Below, in pieces: positions 14,238 through 29,703 of a DNA stretch of 64,000 bases. The DNA comes from Octopus vulgaris. Taxonomy: Eukaryota. Positions within the stretch are counted from its first letter, which is position 1, and each line of letters begins with the position of its first letter. The DNA lies in assembly GCA_951406725.2 (NCBI GenBank), contig OX597838.1, positions 33,294,001 through 33,358,000 on the forward strand. The letters run 5' to 3'. A program made the translations under genes and the position numbers. The notes beneath the pieces were generated by a model that saw only the letters and a program-made list of their open reading frames with translations, was not told the DNA's origin and did no database searches.

Positions 14238-14569
14238 AAAATCCACCGCACAAAAGGCAACAAAAATATCATTTGCGGAATTTTTTCTTGAATGATGCAA
14301 TTTGCCAATGAGATGAAAAGCAGAATGATAATGGTTTCAAATTTTGGCACGAGGCCAGCAGATTTGAGAGAGCTGGGTGGGAGGGGGTAAGTCGATTACA
14401 TTGACCCCAGTGTTCAATTGGTACTTATTTTATCAACTCCGAAAGGATGAAAGGCAAAGTCGACATCGGCGGAATTTGAACTCAGAACTTCAACGCTATA
14501 TTCCAGTTCTTTATTAATCTCCTGACAAAATTTAAAATGTTATCAGACACTATTATTTATTATAAAGAA

Positions 14570-14644
<75 letters not shown>

Positions 14645-14826
14645 GAGGCATTAGCATGCCGAGCGAGAAATGCTTAGCGCTATTTCGTCTGCTTATCCCA
14701 CTAATGTTGACTTTGCCCTTCATCCTTTCGGGGTCCATAAAGCAAGTACCAGTTGAGCACTGGGGTCGATGTATTCGACTTACCTCCTGATTGCCAAAAT
14801 TTGAAAAATTTCATCATCATCATCAA

Positions 14827-14898
<72 letters not shown>

Positions 14899-14911
14899 CA
14901 TCAATATTATG

Positions 14912-15051
<140 letters not shown>

Positions 15052-15057
15052 CATCAA

Positions 15058-15093
<36 letters not shown>

Positions 15094-15331
15094 CAATATT
15101 ATTATTATTATTCCATGTTTTACTTTTGCTTCGTATTTGTACAAGTTGACTCCAAGTCTCACCCAGAGACCTCAAGAGACAACAAGTTAGAAGTTCACGT
15201 TGGTGTTTTACCTAGTTTTACCTATTTGGTTTTGCACATAGTATTGTTCTAGAGAATGTTTAAGAAAGCATAAGAAAATTAGAATGTTTAAGAAAACATA
15301 AAATTTTATCATTATTATTATTATTATTATA

Positions 15332-15403
<72 letters not shown>

Positions 15404-15469
15404 ATTATTTCATCATCATCATTTTCATATGCATATACACTCAACAGATCAGGCTATTGGAAAAGAAAA

Positions 15470-15952
15470 GAATCCTAACATCGGGCTACAACAAGTAACC
15501 TTAGATGCCAAGAGCCCTCCTAAGTATCCTAGCTGTCCCTAATAACACTGTTTTCTGGAACTGTACAAAACTGGGGGGGGGGGTTGTCTATTTCAGATCT
15601 TTAGGGATAGTTCCCAATGCACCTATAACAATTGGAATACATTTTACCCGCACTTTCCATAGTCTCTGATACTCAATAGCTAGGTCCTGGTACTTTGCTA
15701 TTTATTCTATACCTCTCGTATTAATTTTCTTATCATTTGGGACTGTAAAGTCAATTATCTGAGCACTTTCTATTCTCTTTATTTACTGCTACCAAATCAG
15801 GCCTTCTAGCATCTATTACTCTGTCAGTCCGAATGTTAAAGTCCCACAACGTCTTGTATTCTTAACTTTCTAGTACTTTACCAGGTTCATGTTCATACGA
15901 TTTATCAGTATGTTCAAATCCTAGTTTTCTACATAGCTCCCAGTGGATTGCT
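15470..15952 (-). mobile_element. R4/Dong-type LINE restriction-like endonuclease domain
   Basis: IHWELCRKLGF...LWDFNIRTDRVIDARRPDLV...AKYQDLAIE...IPIVIGALG...LLGTARILRRALG, a PD-(D/E)xK motif with stops and frameshifts. Confidence 0.85.
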
Positions 15953-15984
15953 AGTATTATTATTATTACTATTATTATTATTAT

Positions 15985-16445
<461 letters not shown>

Positions 16446-16834
16446 GTTTCAAATTTTGGCATAGTAATTTTGGGGAAGGGGTTTAATCGATTACACCGAC
16501 CCCGTCCCCTGACTGGTTCTTATTTTATCGACCCCGAAAGGATGAAAGGCAGAGTCGACCACGGCAGAATTTGAACTCAGAACATGAAAACAGACAAAAT
16601 GCCGCAAAGCATTTCGATATCTTGTCATGCGATGTTTATTTTGATACGAGACCACCATGTAGCACACATATGGTTGTGATGCATGTGTCTGGTGTACCCT
16701 TATCAGACGGGTAATCGTGATGGGTATATTGGAATTCGCATATTTGTACCCCGGTGTCACTTTGATGTCATGAACTGCTGTCTCACTCACTGATGATGAT
16801 GAGGAGGAGGAGGAGGAGGAGGAGGAGGATTAGC

Positions 16835-17292
16835 CATGGAGCCAAAACCGCTTAATGTGGTATATATAAAATGCCTCGAAGCCACTATTGAAACACACAA
16901 AGAAGGCCAGCGTCATTAAAACTGAAAAGTGTGTAACGAAAGAAAAACTTAAACAAGAAATGGACAAAAAAAAAATAAAAGGAAAACGCACGGAAAGAAA
17001 AAAAATGTGCGGTCACTTGGCAAGAGATGTGGACGCCAAGACAGATACAGAGAACCGGTGGCTATGGACGAGGAGAAGTGACCTAAAGATAGAGACAGAA
17101 ACACTCATATGCGCAGCTCAAGAACAAGCATCAAGGACCAACTATATGAAGTGCAGAATAGATAATACTACCGACAGCGACAAATGCAGAATGTGTGGTG
17201 AGGGGGATGAAACGGTATGGCACATTTTTAGCGAATGCCCGAAATTGGCACAAGGCGAATACAAAAAACACCATGACAATGTAGCAAGAATT
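16835..17292 (+). mobile_element. R4/Dong-type LINE zinc-knuckle region
   Basis: LKIETETLICAAQEQA...KCRMCGEGDETVWHIFSECPKLAQGEYKKHHDNVARI (CCHC). Confidence 0.85.
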
Positions 17293-17928
17293 GGGAGCTC
17301 TGTGGAAATTACGGGAATTCTGTGGAAATCACGTGTGTGTGTGTCTGTGGAAAACATGTGTGTGTGTGCGTGTGTCTGTGGAAAACATGTGTGTGTGTGT
17401 TGCTTGTGTGTGTGTGTGTGTGTGTGTGTGTTGCTTGTGTGTGTGTGTTTGTGTTGATGAAGTCCTTATGTTTGTGTTTCGATGTTGACGTAACTTTTGT
17501 TGCAGAAAGTCCTATGAATGTTATACTAATCTATGTAATTATATGATGCTGATGATGATGATAATGATGATGACGATGGTGACGAGGAGGAGGAGGAGGA
17601 GGAGTAGGTTGTGGTGGTGGTGGAGGAAGAGGTGAAGGAGGAGAAGGAGAAGGAAGAAGACGAAGAGAAGAAGGATGGCGATGATGTTGATAATTGACGT
17701 GATGTTTTCATTAGCTCTGGACTAGTCATTAAGTGCTAAATGACACCTTAATTATTGTAGAATAATTGTGGTAAGCAGCGTTTAGGCTGTCAGTTCGTTC
17801 CTTTCGTTAACATTTCATTCTCTGTAATAATAATAACAATAACAACAACAACAACAACAATAATAACAAGAACGATAATAATAACAATGATAACAACAAC
17901 AACAGCAAACAACAACAACAACAGCAAC

Positions 17929-17969
<41 letters not shown>

Positions 17970-18001
17970 TAACGGCAATGATGATGATGGTAATAATAAT
18001 G

Positions 18002-18072
<71 letters not shown>

Positions 18073-18076
18073 GGCA

Positions 18077-18110
<34 letters not shown>

Positions 18111-18173
18111 CTTTATTAACAACAGAGGGTTTACATTAAGAAAATCATTATTGACAGTACAGGACAAAACAAA

Positions 18174-18234
<61 letters not shown>

Positions 18235-18399
18235 GTGAGGGTTTTGTGTGTAAACAAGATAAATATAATGGCAATAAAAATATTTTTAAAAATTCAACAA
18301 TTCAGCGGTGGTGCCCCAGCATGGCCGCGGCCTTCGGGCTAAAACATTTTAAGGATTTAAGGAATTAAATAGGGAAGAGATGTTCGAGGACTACCCGTG

Positions 18400-18695
18400 G
18401 AAAAACCCCATAAAAACCATGGATGCCCTGACTTTTGGGACAGGTGTCTTTTCTTCTTTCCTTTTTACCATCTACAGATGTATGCTCAGGGCAGGCAGGT
18501 TCATTCGAACCATTCTCACCACTTTCATCCACCTTTCAGCAAACTGGCAAGACAACACTTCCCTCTCTAACCTTATTTTTCTTTTCAAGTAAAACTTGAA
18601 AAAGTTGATCAGGGATTGGCCCCCTAAGCGAAAAGTATTGTCTTCTGATCCTTTAGTCTCGTCCACCATACAACCTCTTTCGTCATGGCCACCGA
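18400..18695 (-). mobile_element. L1/Tx1-like LINE ORF2 3' end
   Basis: VAMTKEVVWWTRLK...GQSLINFFKFYLKRKIRLEREVLS..FAERW. Confidence 0.55.
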
Positions 18696-19178
18696 TGATA
18701 ATATGTGCTTACATACAAATTTACGAATGCGTGCGTACGCTTGTGTTGTATTTATATCTGTTCGCATGTAACAATATTTTTAACTGCCATTTTTTGACAT
18801 GAGAAATTAGCTTAAATATAAATATACACAACTAATTTCGTACATGAAACGGAAGTCCGTTCCGCCACCGTCTTCCTTCACTGACGAAATCCGAAATCCA
18901 TTTTTCTTGCCTAATTCTAAATAAAAATGATTCAGAAAGCATTCTTTTACATACAATTTTATATTTAAGAGATGATAAGTTAAGTACAATATTTACATTA
19001 TTTACATTCGACGGATATTTGTTCTAATCTTGTTTGTTGTTAATACATTTCGGCTGATATACCCTCCAGCCTTCTTCAGGTGTCTTGGGGAGATTTCGAA
19101 CCTGGGTTCTCATTCCTAAGTAGTTATTATTATTGTTGTTGTTGTTGTTGTTGTTGTCGTTGTTGTTATTATTATTAC

Positions 19179-19278
<100 letters not shown>

Positions 19279-19629
19279 CAGGTCACTGCTTGGAATCGAT
19301 CTCGGAATCTTGGGGTTAGTAGCCCCAACAATAATAATAATATTATTTAAACCAAATTTTCTCAAAACATCCCATGGGCCTCTCCTTTGAGACACCAGTC
19401 AAAGAAGAAATAAATATATCGATCACAACAGCTGATGTACTTGCGCGTACAAATGCACGTTCTCACAGCTTTATCGATTGCATTCTCACCTGGAATCGAT
19501 TTTTGTAATTTTTCAAGACTTATACACTACCGTCTCGCATACAACATTGGAGCCTTAGTAATCCGTTACAGCCCTAACCTAGCGTACCTATTCGTTTAGA
19601 TCACTTGTGAACTAAACCCCCATATTTTG

Positions 19630-19682
<53 letters not shown>

Positions 19683-19874
19683 ATAGAAATGGTAAGACAA
19701 CAAAGAATGAAAGAGACCTCGATATTATGTAAGGCTTCTTTCAGTTTCTGACTACCAAATCTACTCACAAGGCTTTGATCTGCCCGAAGCTATAATAGAA
19801 GACACTTGCCCAAGGTGCCATGCAGTGGGACTGAACCCGGGAACATGTGGTTGGGAAGGAAGCTTCTTACCACA

Positions 19875-20708
19875 CAGAGGGTGCGATGGGTAAATTGTCG
19901 CCATTTTACATTTTTAATTTTGTACATGCGCATTGCTTGCTTTTTATTTTGATGACTGCACAATATGGTAGGGTCAGTTGGGCACTGTCTGTAAGAAAAA
20001 CAGCACCGTGACGCAATTCACTCCGCCAGAAATTTGGAAACGACATGCTGTACTGCTTGGCATTCGTGCCGGAAGCTCCAATTCGAACAGATGGTGAACA
20101 CACAGAACAATCGTTGGCTTGCCGTGTCCACAAAACATGTACCGGGAGTGATAAGAATCAAAACATCCAGTTAACATCTTGCTGCTTAGAGTGATCACTA
20201 GTGATGGCGACGTTATACCTCCATTCAACTTCCAGCACGAGGGCCTACATCAAGTGCCCGGAGGCGGTAGTGCTGTCATGTGTCAAGAGGGTTGCTGCTG
20301 GAAGACCTTATGTCTGGCAACAGGACTCTGCACCATGCCACACAAGCAGGAGAACCCGGTCGTTACCCCTAACACTCCAAACTGCAACCCCCTTGATTAT
20401 TATGTGTGGAGCACATTTGTGCGAGAGACCAACAAAACTCTTTGTAACACCAAATATGAATTGAAGGCAAGGATTATGGCAGCATTCACCAACTTAATCT
20501 AAGAGACCGTCCAGAAGAGTTGCAGAAGATTCCGAAGTCGTCTGGAGGCTGTAGTTGAAGCCAATGGCGATTTTATTGAATATATTTACTCTTTAGTATT
20601 TCAAGATATTTTGATGTAATTTTGATAAATATATCTGTTAAAATGAGATGTTAGTGTTATTTTCGTTTTTGCGTAATTCAGACGACAATAAATTCACCGC
20701 ATCTTTGT
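19875..20708 (+). mobile_element. Internally deleted Tc1/mariner (maT-like) DNA transposon
   Basis: Left TIR agggtgcgatgggtaaattgtcg and a degenerate right TIR; transposase motifs GRPYVWQQDSAPCHTS and NCNPLDYYVW. Confidence 0.8.
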
Positions 20709-22554
20709 GTATACACACACACACACACACATGCACATATATATACATAAATGTATATATGCATACACCCACTCACATCCATGTATATATGAAATATATA
20801 TATATATATATACACACGTGTTAATAGTTATATACACAGTGGTAGGTTGTTGTTTTGTTGTTCATTCCTACCTCATCCCTGACAGTTCGGACTTATCATC
20901 AAAGACATTCCAACCATGGCCGCCCTTCTTATCGCCATTCAGTGAATAACACAGTCCTTGATGCGATCGACACACAGCGTATCCTTTGATCTTAAAATAA
21001 AATTAAACTATTAGAAGCTAAAACCGAGGGAGATTTACCACTTATTTCTAGCCCGTTAAACTACTACGTAGAACCTTTGTCTCTTCAAATATTCCAGGAC
21101 TTATTACATGGCGGAAACGGTTAGAATCGATATGAAGAGCAGCTACAGAAAATTACATTGAAGATATATTATGAAATGGAGAAGCATGCAACCATAACAC
21201 GGCATTGAGCTGTTAGACAGACGAGCGGAACTCACTTGCAATGGAAAGGCTCTGTACTTGTTTTTCAGTCGACTTGTGTTTCTCATTTACTATATAATGT
21301 TAACTTGGTTTGTTATTTTAAACGAGGTAATTTGTACCGTACACACATTTGAGTTTTACACTATTAATAAACAGAGTATAGTTTTATTTAAACATATGGC
21401 ATTCATTTTATAAACGTCACTGGAGTTTATTTTATTCTAAATTTCAGCACACCCTGTTTCGATACACTCTAAGTACATTGGCGATACACTGGTTCTATAG
21501 AATAAAATGAGAACGAAAAATGGGATAGAACTTAAGAAATACTCCAGGGACGACACTGATACAGTGTGGGTATAACAACATAGACTGTACAAATATGGTC
21601 AATACTTACCGACTACTTATTTCGTTGTAACAAAATTAAAAAAGAAAATGAAAGGACTCTATATGGAAGTAATGAAGTAGCTGTCGTCTGCTCTAAAATG
21701 ACAGCTAAAAAATATTGTGAAAGGCGCTAAATATAGAATATTTTCACTGAAAGTTTTAGGAAAAGTATGTCAACATTATTTTTTGATACAGAGAGGAGGA
21801 TGGAAAGAATAGATCCTGTTATCCTAATTAACTAGAAATGGAAAAAAAAAGGTAGGGAGGAGAATTTTCGGAGTGTTTCTGAAATCCCGTGACACCTCCC
21901 ACCCAACCATAATAACGAAGTAGTACGAGAGAAAATGTAACGCTTTTTTTTTTCCTTCACGATTATCTCGTCAAATGCCTCAGTCGAGAAAACCGGAAGT
22001 AATTATATGTTTGCATTGTGGGATTTTCCACGCTTGTTTGCACTCTTTAATAAACAGAACAAAGGAAATTACAAAATGTTAGTGCAAATGGGAAGGCGAT
22101 CTAAGGAAAGTCTGGAAAGTCTAAAATTAGATCTACAAAGGAAGGCTTTCTTTTGCTTTTGTTTAATGTTTCTTCCGAATCCTCTTTAAGAAATATTCGG
22201 CCGCCATATTTGAAGAAAAGTAGAAAATTTTTTTTGTAAAATGGCTCGTGTTTTTATAACTGATACAAATATTGATTTCTTTAATTTGACATGAAGTATT
22301 AACAAGAATCGAAAGCCTTGCCGAAGAATACAGCACAACACTCGAAACAGAAAAACGTTGTATACAGGCGCAGGCGTAGCTGTGTGGTAAGAAACTTGCT
22401 TCCCAGCCTCATGGTTCTGGGTTCAGTATCTGTGCATGGCACCTTGGGATAGTGTCTTGTACTAGCCCCATGCCGACGGTAGACGGAAACTCAAAAAACC
22501 CCGTCGTATATATATATATATATAATAAAAATGGTAAATAATTTTTCAGTGGTT

Positions 22555-22614
<60 letters not shown>

Positions 22615-22794
22615 AAATGTAATATATTTCTCAATAGTTCAGCATAGGTATTCACTTTTTCGCTAACATCTGCTGGGCAGCTGATTTCCACTACTGTACA
22701 CAGTTTCCCTTCTCCGTCCCAAACCCCTATGTCAGGTCTATTATGCTTATATTTTATGGAAAGTAATCAGCATACAAAAAAAAAAAAAAAAGAC

Positions 22795-23600
22795 TATGCA
22801 TGGGTATGTTGCCCGGAAGACTGAAGGAGACAGTAGAATTGACACGAAGCACAGCCTCGCTTGGACACAAGACCACTACATCACATCACATTTTGAAGAC
22901 TAAGTGTTTGCAATCCAGGAACAGGAGATTGTCACAAAGTACCTGGTGAACAAGAGAGACAGCAACGCTCTTGTAATCCCAAGGTGCAACCGCATGTGTA
23001 GGCTATGTCGTGTTTCTGGAGAAGACATCATACATATATTAGCAGCTGTTCTAAAATGCCGTCACGGTACTACCTCCCTATGCGGCACGATGTTGTCGCT
23101 AAAACAATTTACAATGCCATCCGCAAAAAAGACTGTCCTGAAATAAACTTAGAAAACCCCTCTGTTATGGAAAAAATTCATAAACACCAACTCAAGGAAT
23201 ACTGGTGGAACATTCCCATCAAAACTTCTGATAAATGTAAACATAACAGGCCGGATATTGCTATTTTGGGACAGAGGGGCAAATGTATGTACCGTCATAG
23301 AGTTTAGCTGCCCTGCAGATAAAAATATCTCTTTGAAAATCAAGGGAAGAGAATATCTATGGACAACTGTTTCTAAACCGCCGGCTTCTATATCCAGACT
23401 ATGAATTCATATTTATACCAATATTAATTGGAGCACTAGGTTTTCTTATTAAATTCTTAAAGGAGAATCTGGATAAACTGAGATTTTCAGAAAGAGGAAT
23501 CGACTGTCTGATTCATACATTACAAGTGCAATCTGTGAGTAGAACAGTAAAAATATGCAAGACTTTCCTCAAGTTCCAAATGTGAATTTCACTGCGTTAA
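22795..23600 (+). mobile_element. R4/Dong-type LINE zinc-knuckle plus RLE fragment
   Basis: FAIQEQEIVTK...CRLCRVSGEDIIHI..C...RHDVVAK...KHNRPDI...IEFSCP...IPILIGALG with frameshifts. Confidence 0.8.
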
Positions 23601-24187
23601 CTACATCCCAAAGATGGAGCCTTGTATCTTTGTTGGAAACCGGCTCCCTCCTCAGTGGAAGATTTATAATAATTAAAAAATAGAAGAGACGTACACAAAT
23701 GCATGCAACCATCCATACATACATGCCTACATACATACATACATACATACACACATACATACATACGTACGTACGTACATACATCCATACATACGTACAT
23801 TCATACATACGTACATACATACATACGTACGTACATACATCCATACATACGTACATTCATACATACGTACATACATACATACGTACGTACTTACATAATT
23901 CATACATACATACATACATACATACATACATACATGCATACATACGTACGTACATACATATATACATACATGCATAAATACATACATACATACATACATA
24001 CATACATACATACATACATACATACATACATACATACGAACAGACGTACGTACGTATTTAAGTACCAACAATTATCTTAGTTTCAGATAAATGCTTATGG
24101 AGATTGGCTTTTCGTTTATTGTGTCATTTCATAAAAAGTGGCTGATACGAAATAGCATCCAAATTTCCTTCTCGTCACACACACACA

Positions 24188-24266
<79 letters not shown>

Positions 24267-24462
24267 TCCATTATTCTGTTTTTTATATTTAAGGAGGATA
24301 TTTTGTAGATAACAGTAGCTCCAAATATGTTGTACTTTCTGGGAAAAATTACCGGAATGGTCATAAGATAGGATGTTTCTGATAATGAGTAGATGACATC
24401 ACAGATAATGACCTGAACTAATTAAGAAGAAAAAAAATATAATTGATTGGCCAAAAACTTAC

Positions 24463-24496
24463 CCACAAATGCAGAAATCAGAAGCCACAGTGCCAT
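24463..24496 (-). CDS. Chitin-binding (2x CBM14/peritrophin-A) secreted protein, coding exon 1 (signal peptide MALWLLISAFV-G)
   Basis: ATG at 24496-24494; 34 nt ending in G|GTAAGT donor (phase 1), which matches the phase-1 start of exon 9654. Joined N-terminus MALWLLISAFVGGVFS/NPTPP looks like a cleavable signal peptide. Confidence 0.8.
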
Positions 24497-24544
24497 AGAA
24501 TTGGTGAATCTCTGAAATATTACACTTAAGAAACGGTGCAGTTT

Positions 24545-24574
24545 TGAGGTGACGGTTCCACTGGACTTTAAATA
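24545..24574 (-). promoter_or_regulatory. Candidate TATA box and initiator of the chitin-binding gene
   Basis: TATTTAAA at 24574-24567 lies about 29 nt upstream of a TCA (A at 24545) and about 50 nt before the ATG. An alternative is a splice acceptor (atttcAG at 24513-24512) with an unseen upstream UTR exon. Confidence 0.4.
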
Positions 24575-24782
24575 ATGCTGTGACACCACGTTGGGAAATG
24601 TCAGGAAGGATTTAGAGAGCAAATAAAGAAAGAAAGAAAGAAAGAAAGAAAAGAAAGATGAAGAAAACAGGAAATAAATAATGAAAAAGAATAAAAAAGT
24701 AACAAGATGAAAAAAAAAGGAACGATTTAAATTAATTTAAGATCGGAGAAAGAATTAAGGTACACAAAGACGCACATATGTA

Positions 24783-25600
<818 letters not shown>

Positions 25601-26019
25601 GAGCGAAAAAGTAGAAACAAAAAAGTGAATTTAATTAAACAGGAAAGTTGTCGAAAAGTAAAAAAAAACATATGTATGTGTATATGTGAGTGTGTGTTTG
25701 TGTGTGTGTGTATCATATACGTGTGCGCATGCGTATGTATATGTGTGAATGTGGGTATACAAATATGTATAACTGTATGTAGGTATATATACATGTGTGT
25801 ATGTATATATGTGTGTGTGTGTGTATGTGTTTGTGTTTGCGGTAAGACAGTTGTGTTTGTATATGCCCTGAATGTTCGTTTACATTCCCGCGGTTATACA
25901 TACACAAAAAGTTACATATAAACATACAGACATATACACAGCCCGAGTCAGCTTTAGTTTATATATAAATACACGTGCACGCACATACACATACACACAC
26001 ACACATGACTATATATCTT

Positions 26020-26230
26020 TTGATCTTTTGATTGATTCGGTCATTTGACTGCGGCCATGCTGGAGCACAGCCTTCAATCCAACAAATCGACCGCAGAACT
26101 TATTCTTTGTTAAGCCTAGTACTTTTTCTATCAGTCTCTTTTGCCGAACCGCTAAGTTATGGGAACGTAAACACATCAGCATCGGTTGTCAAGCGATGCT
26201 GGGGTGGTCAAACACAGACACACACACACA

Positions 26231-26283
<53 letters not shown>

Positions 26284-26455
26284 GCATATATGCGACGGGC
26301 TTCTTTCAGTTTCCGTCTACCAAATCCACTCACAAGGCTTTGGTCGACCCGAGGCTATAGTAGAAGACACTTTCCCAAGGTGCCACGCAGTGGGACTGAA
26401 CCCAGAACCATGTGGTTCGTAAGCAAGCTTTTTACCGCACAGCCACGGCTACACC
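26020..26455 (-). mobile_element. SINE family A with internal (CA)n(TA)n
   Basis: Head and tail both present. Confidence 0.85.
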
Positions 26456-26516
26456 TATTCATGTAGCCACACCTGCGATATACATATATATATATAAATA
26501 CACATATATATATGTG

Positions 26517-27384
26517 TACGGCAAATAAACTGTTGTCTAAATTACGCAAAAATGAAAATAACACTGACATCTCTTTTTAAAAGATATATTTACCAAAATT
26601 ACATGAAGATATCTTGAAATAATAAAGAGCAAATTTATTCAATAAAATCGCCATTGGCTTCAACCACAGCCTCCAGACGACTTCGGAATCTCCTGCAACT
26701 CTTCTAGAAGGTCTCTTTCTTTAACATTGCTGAATGCTGTTATAATTCTGGCCTTTAGTTCATCTTTGGTGTTACAAGGAGTTTTGTTGGTCTCTCGATC
26801 AACTGCGCCCCACACATAATAATGAGGCGGGTTCCAGTCTCGGGAGTTAGGTGGCCAGATGTTTGGGGTGTGGTGGTCGCAGAAATTGCCTCACACCAAT
26901 GACTGGATTCGCCTGCATGTGTGGCATGGTGCAGAGTCCTGTTGCCAGACACAGGGTCTTCCAGCAGGCACCCCCTTGACCCGTGGCAGCACTACCACCT
27001 CCATGCACTTGATGTAGGCCTAGGTGTTGAGTGTGAGGCCGTGTGGGAAGATGAATGGAGGCATGACATCGCCATCACTAGTGATCACTCCAGACACCAT
27101 GATGTTGACTGGATGTTTCATGTCTTTCACACTTGGTACATGCCCTCAGATTGACAGCCAAACACTCTGAAATGTTCGTATTAAAGCATCCGGCGTGAGT
27201 GCCAATCAGTACAACATGTCACTTCCAAATTTCTGGCAGAGTGAATTGCGTCATGGTGTTGTTTTCTCACAGACGGTGCCCAACTGACCCCACTATACTG
27301 TGTAGTCAACAAAATCAATAACAAACAATGCGCATGTGCGAAATTAAAAATATAAAATGGTGACGATTTACCCATTGCACCCTG
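26517..27384 (-). mobile_element. Second maT-like Tc1/mariner copy
   Basis: TIR gatttacccattgcaccctg followed by TA; homologous to 19875-20708 in reverse orientation, with a different internal deletion. Confidence 0.8.
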
Positions 27385-27601
27385 TATGTATGTGTGGGTG
27401 GGGGTGGGGTGGGGTGGGGGCTTTCCTATGTCTCCTGTTTCCGAAGAAGAGCTTTGCTTGAAACGTAAAGCAACCACTCTTTTTTTTTCCTACTCTGAGC
27501 GTCTTTTTAATAATTTACATGTATCACGTCCTCGCGTTGATTTTTACTTGTTGCCTTTTTCTTCTCCGTTTTCTGGATTAATGATAATAATAATAATGAT
27601 G

Positions 27602-27696
<95 letters not shown>

Positions 27697-27712
27697 AATA
27701 ATGGTGATGATG

Positions 27713-27821
<109 letters not shown>

Positions 27822-28043
27822 TTATGTTCTATTATACGTATTCTACTTATTGTATAACATTACTATTTTATGTACACTCCTTCATGTACACTGCTTTACC
27901 CTGCATTATTATGTTTAACCTTATAGTTTCTTATGTAGTGGTTTAATAAAGTATGTGATTGAGTACTATCTGGTAATTGATATTTGATTTCGATGTATTT
28001 CTCCATTTTCTTATTTTGTATATATATATATATATATATCCGA

Positions 28044-28546
28044 GTTTCGGCTGCCGGGGTGGAAATCCACGCCGCTGTCTCTTCAGTTATCCGGCCATCA
28101 GAAAAAATGCTATGAAAATGACCGTTAAATAAGGGGAAATTACTGTGTAATTAACCATTATTAAGACAAAAGAGCTATTTGAATGACCGCTGTGTATGGG
28201 ATTGTATATATACATATATATTTTTTGGCGAATGGTGTGGGTGAGAATGTGTGTGTTTCAAGTGAGGGTGGCTGAGTGTATACTTATTGGCGCATGTACG
28301 TGGGTGTGCGAGCGCGCATGTGTAGGCATCAACATGCGCGCTTACGCGAATACTATGAACATTTTTACCCCCTTACTTTTACTTCCTCCCCTCACTTAGC
28401 GGTCATTCAAATAACTCTTTTGTCTTAATAACGGTCAATCACACAGGAATTTCCCCTTGTTTAACGGTCATTTTTCATAGCATTTTTTCCGATGGCCGGA
28501 TAACTGAAGAGATGGCGGCGTGGATTTCCACCCCGACATCCGAAAC
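28044..28546. repeat. Inverted repeat (~150-bp arms, ~205-bp spacer) carrying hammerhead-like cores
   Basis: 28044-28191 is the reverse complement of 28398-28546; CTGAAGA at 28504-28510 and GAAA at 28542-28545, mirrored on the other arm. Confidence 0.75.
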
Positions 28547-29349
28547 AAGGAAAAAAGTCAGGGTAGAAAATGCTAAAATAATTTTACCATTAAAAAAAAC
28601 ATTTTCGTACCGGTTTCAGTCATTGAGACTTGTTCAACTCTATGTATGGAAACAATTAAATTTTGGAAAAATTAAATGAAAAGTTTTTTGAAAGAATATT
28701 TGCATAGTATTCAAATATAAGGGGCATTTTCCTTGTTTCTGCCTGTCTCTGTCTCTCTTGTTTACTCTTGTGGGTTCGAGGTCGTTGTGAATTCTTGGTA
28801 GAGAAGAAGAAGAAGAAGAAGAAGAAGAAGAAGAAGAAGGAGGAGGAGGAGGAGGAGGAGGAGGAGGAGAAGAAGAAGAAGAAGAAGAAGAAGAAGAAGA
28901 AGAAGAAGAAGAAGAAGAAGAAGAAGAAGAAGAAGAAGAAGAAGAAGAAGAAGAAGAAGAAGAAGAAGACACACATATATAGGCGCAGGCGTGACTGTGC
29001 GGTAAGAAGCTTGCTTCCCAACAACGTGGTTCCGGGTTCTGTCCCACTGCGTGGCGCCATGGGCAAATGTCTTCTACTATAGCCTCGGGCCGACCAATGC
29101 CTTGTGAGTGGATTTGGTAGACGGAAACTGGAAGAATCCCGTCGTATATAAATATATATGTATTTGTATGTATGTGTGTGTGTCTGTGTTTGTCACCCCG
29201 TCATTGCTTGACAACCGATGCTGTTGTGTTTATTTCTAAAATTAGCAACCAACCATGCAAAACACATATACAAGACTGGAGAGGAAGAAAAAGGTTTGGT
29301 CATTCTTCTAAAATCCTTATAAACAATTATGATTTCCATTATTTACATT

Positions 29350-29703
29350 ATTTACATTATTTACATTTCGAAAGGCTGGAGCAGTTTGAACGTGAAACGA
29401 TGCTTCACCCACCAAACTTGCCGGACATTGCCCTATCTGATTGTCATTTATCCCGCAGTCTTCAAAATCATTTGGACGGAAAAAATCTGAATTCTGTTGA
29501 CGAGGTCAGAACAGTACTGGAAGAGTATTTTTCGTCACGGATAAGTGAATTTTGGAAGAAGGGCCCTTGCAAGTTTATCAGGTTGCTGGAAGAGCATTGT
29601 AGAAAATGAAGGAGAGTATATTTTAGATTAAAAAAGAACTTTGTTTATCTTAATTTTGAAAAATAAAAGTATAAAAAACCGCTTTATTTATGGCGACCCA
29701 ATA
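29350..29703 (+). mobile_element. Mariner transposase C-terminal remnant with 3' TIR
   Basis: TMLHPPNLPDIALSDCHLSRSLQNHLDGK...FWKKG is a degenerate HPPYSPDLAPSDYHLF motif; ends ttatttatggcgacccaata. Confidence 0.8.

Noticed and set aside
13569-14350. Poly-His/Ser/Asp ORFs suggestive of His-rich beak proteins
   Set aside because: Pure (CAT)n microsatellite open in most frames; no supported splice sites, and exons 1 and 2 join in phase without it.
18880-18900. CTGACGA...GAAA as a hammerhead
   Set aside because: Only 5 nt between the motifs; no stem II or stem III.
19485-19560. CAG|GTGAG donor on the minus strand as an extra coding exon
   Set aside because: Stop codon in the required phase-1 frame; not needed for the gene model.
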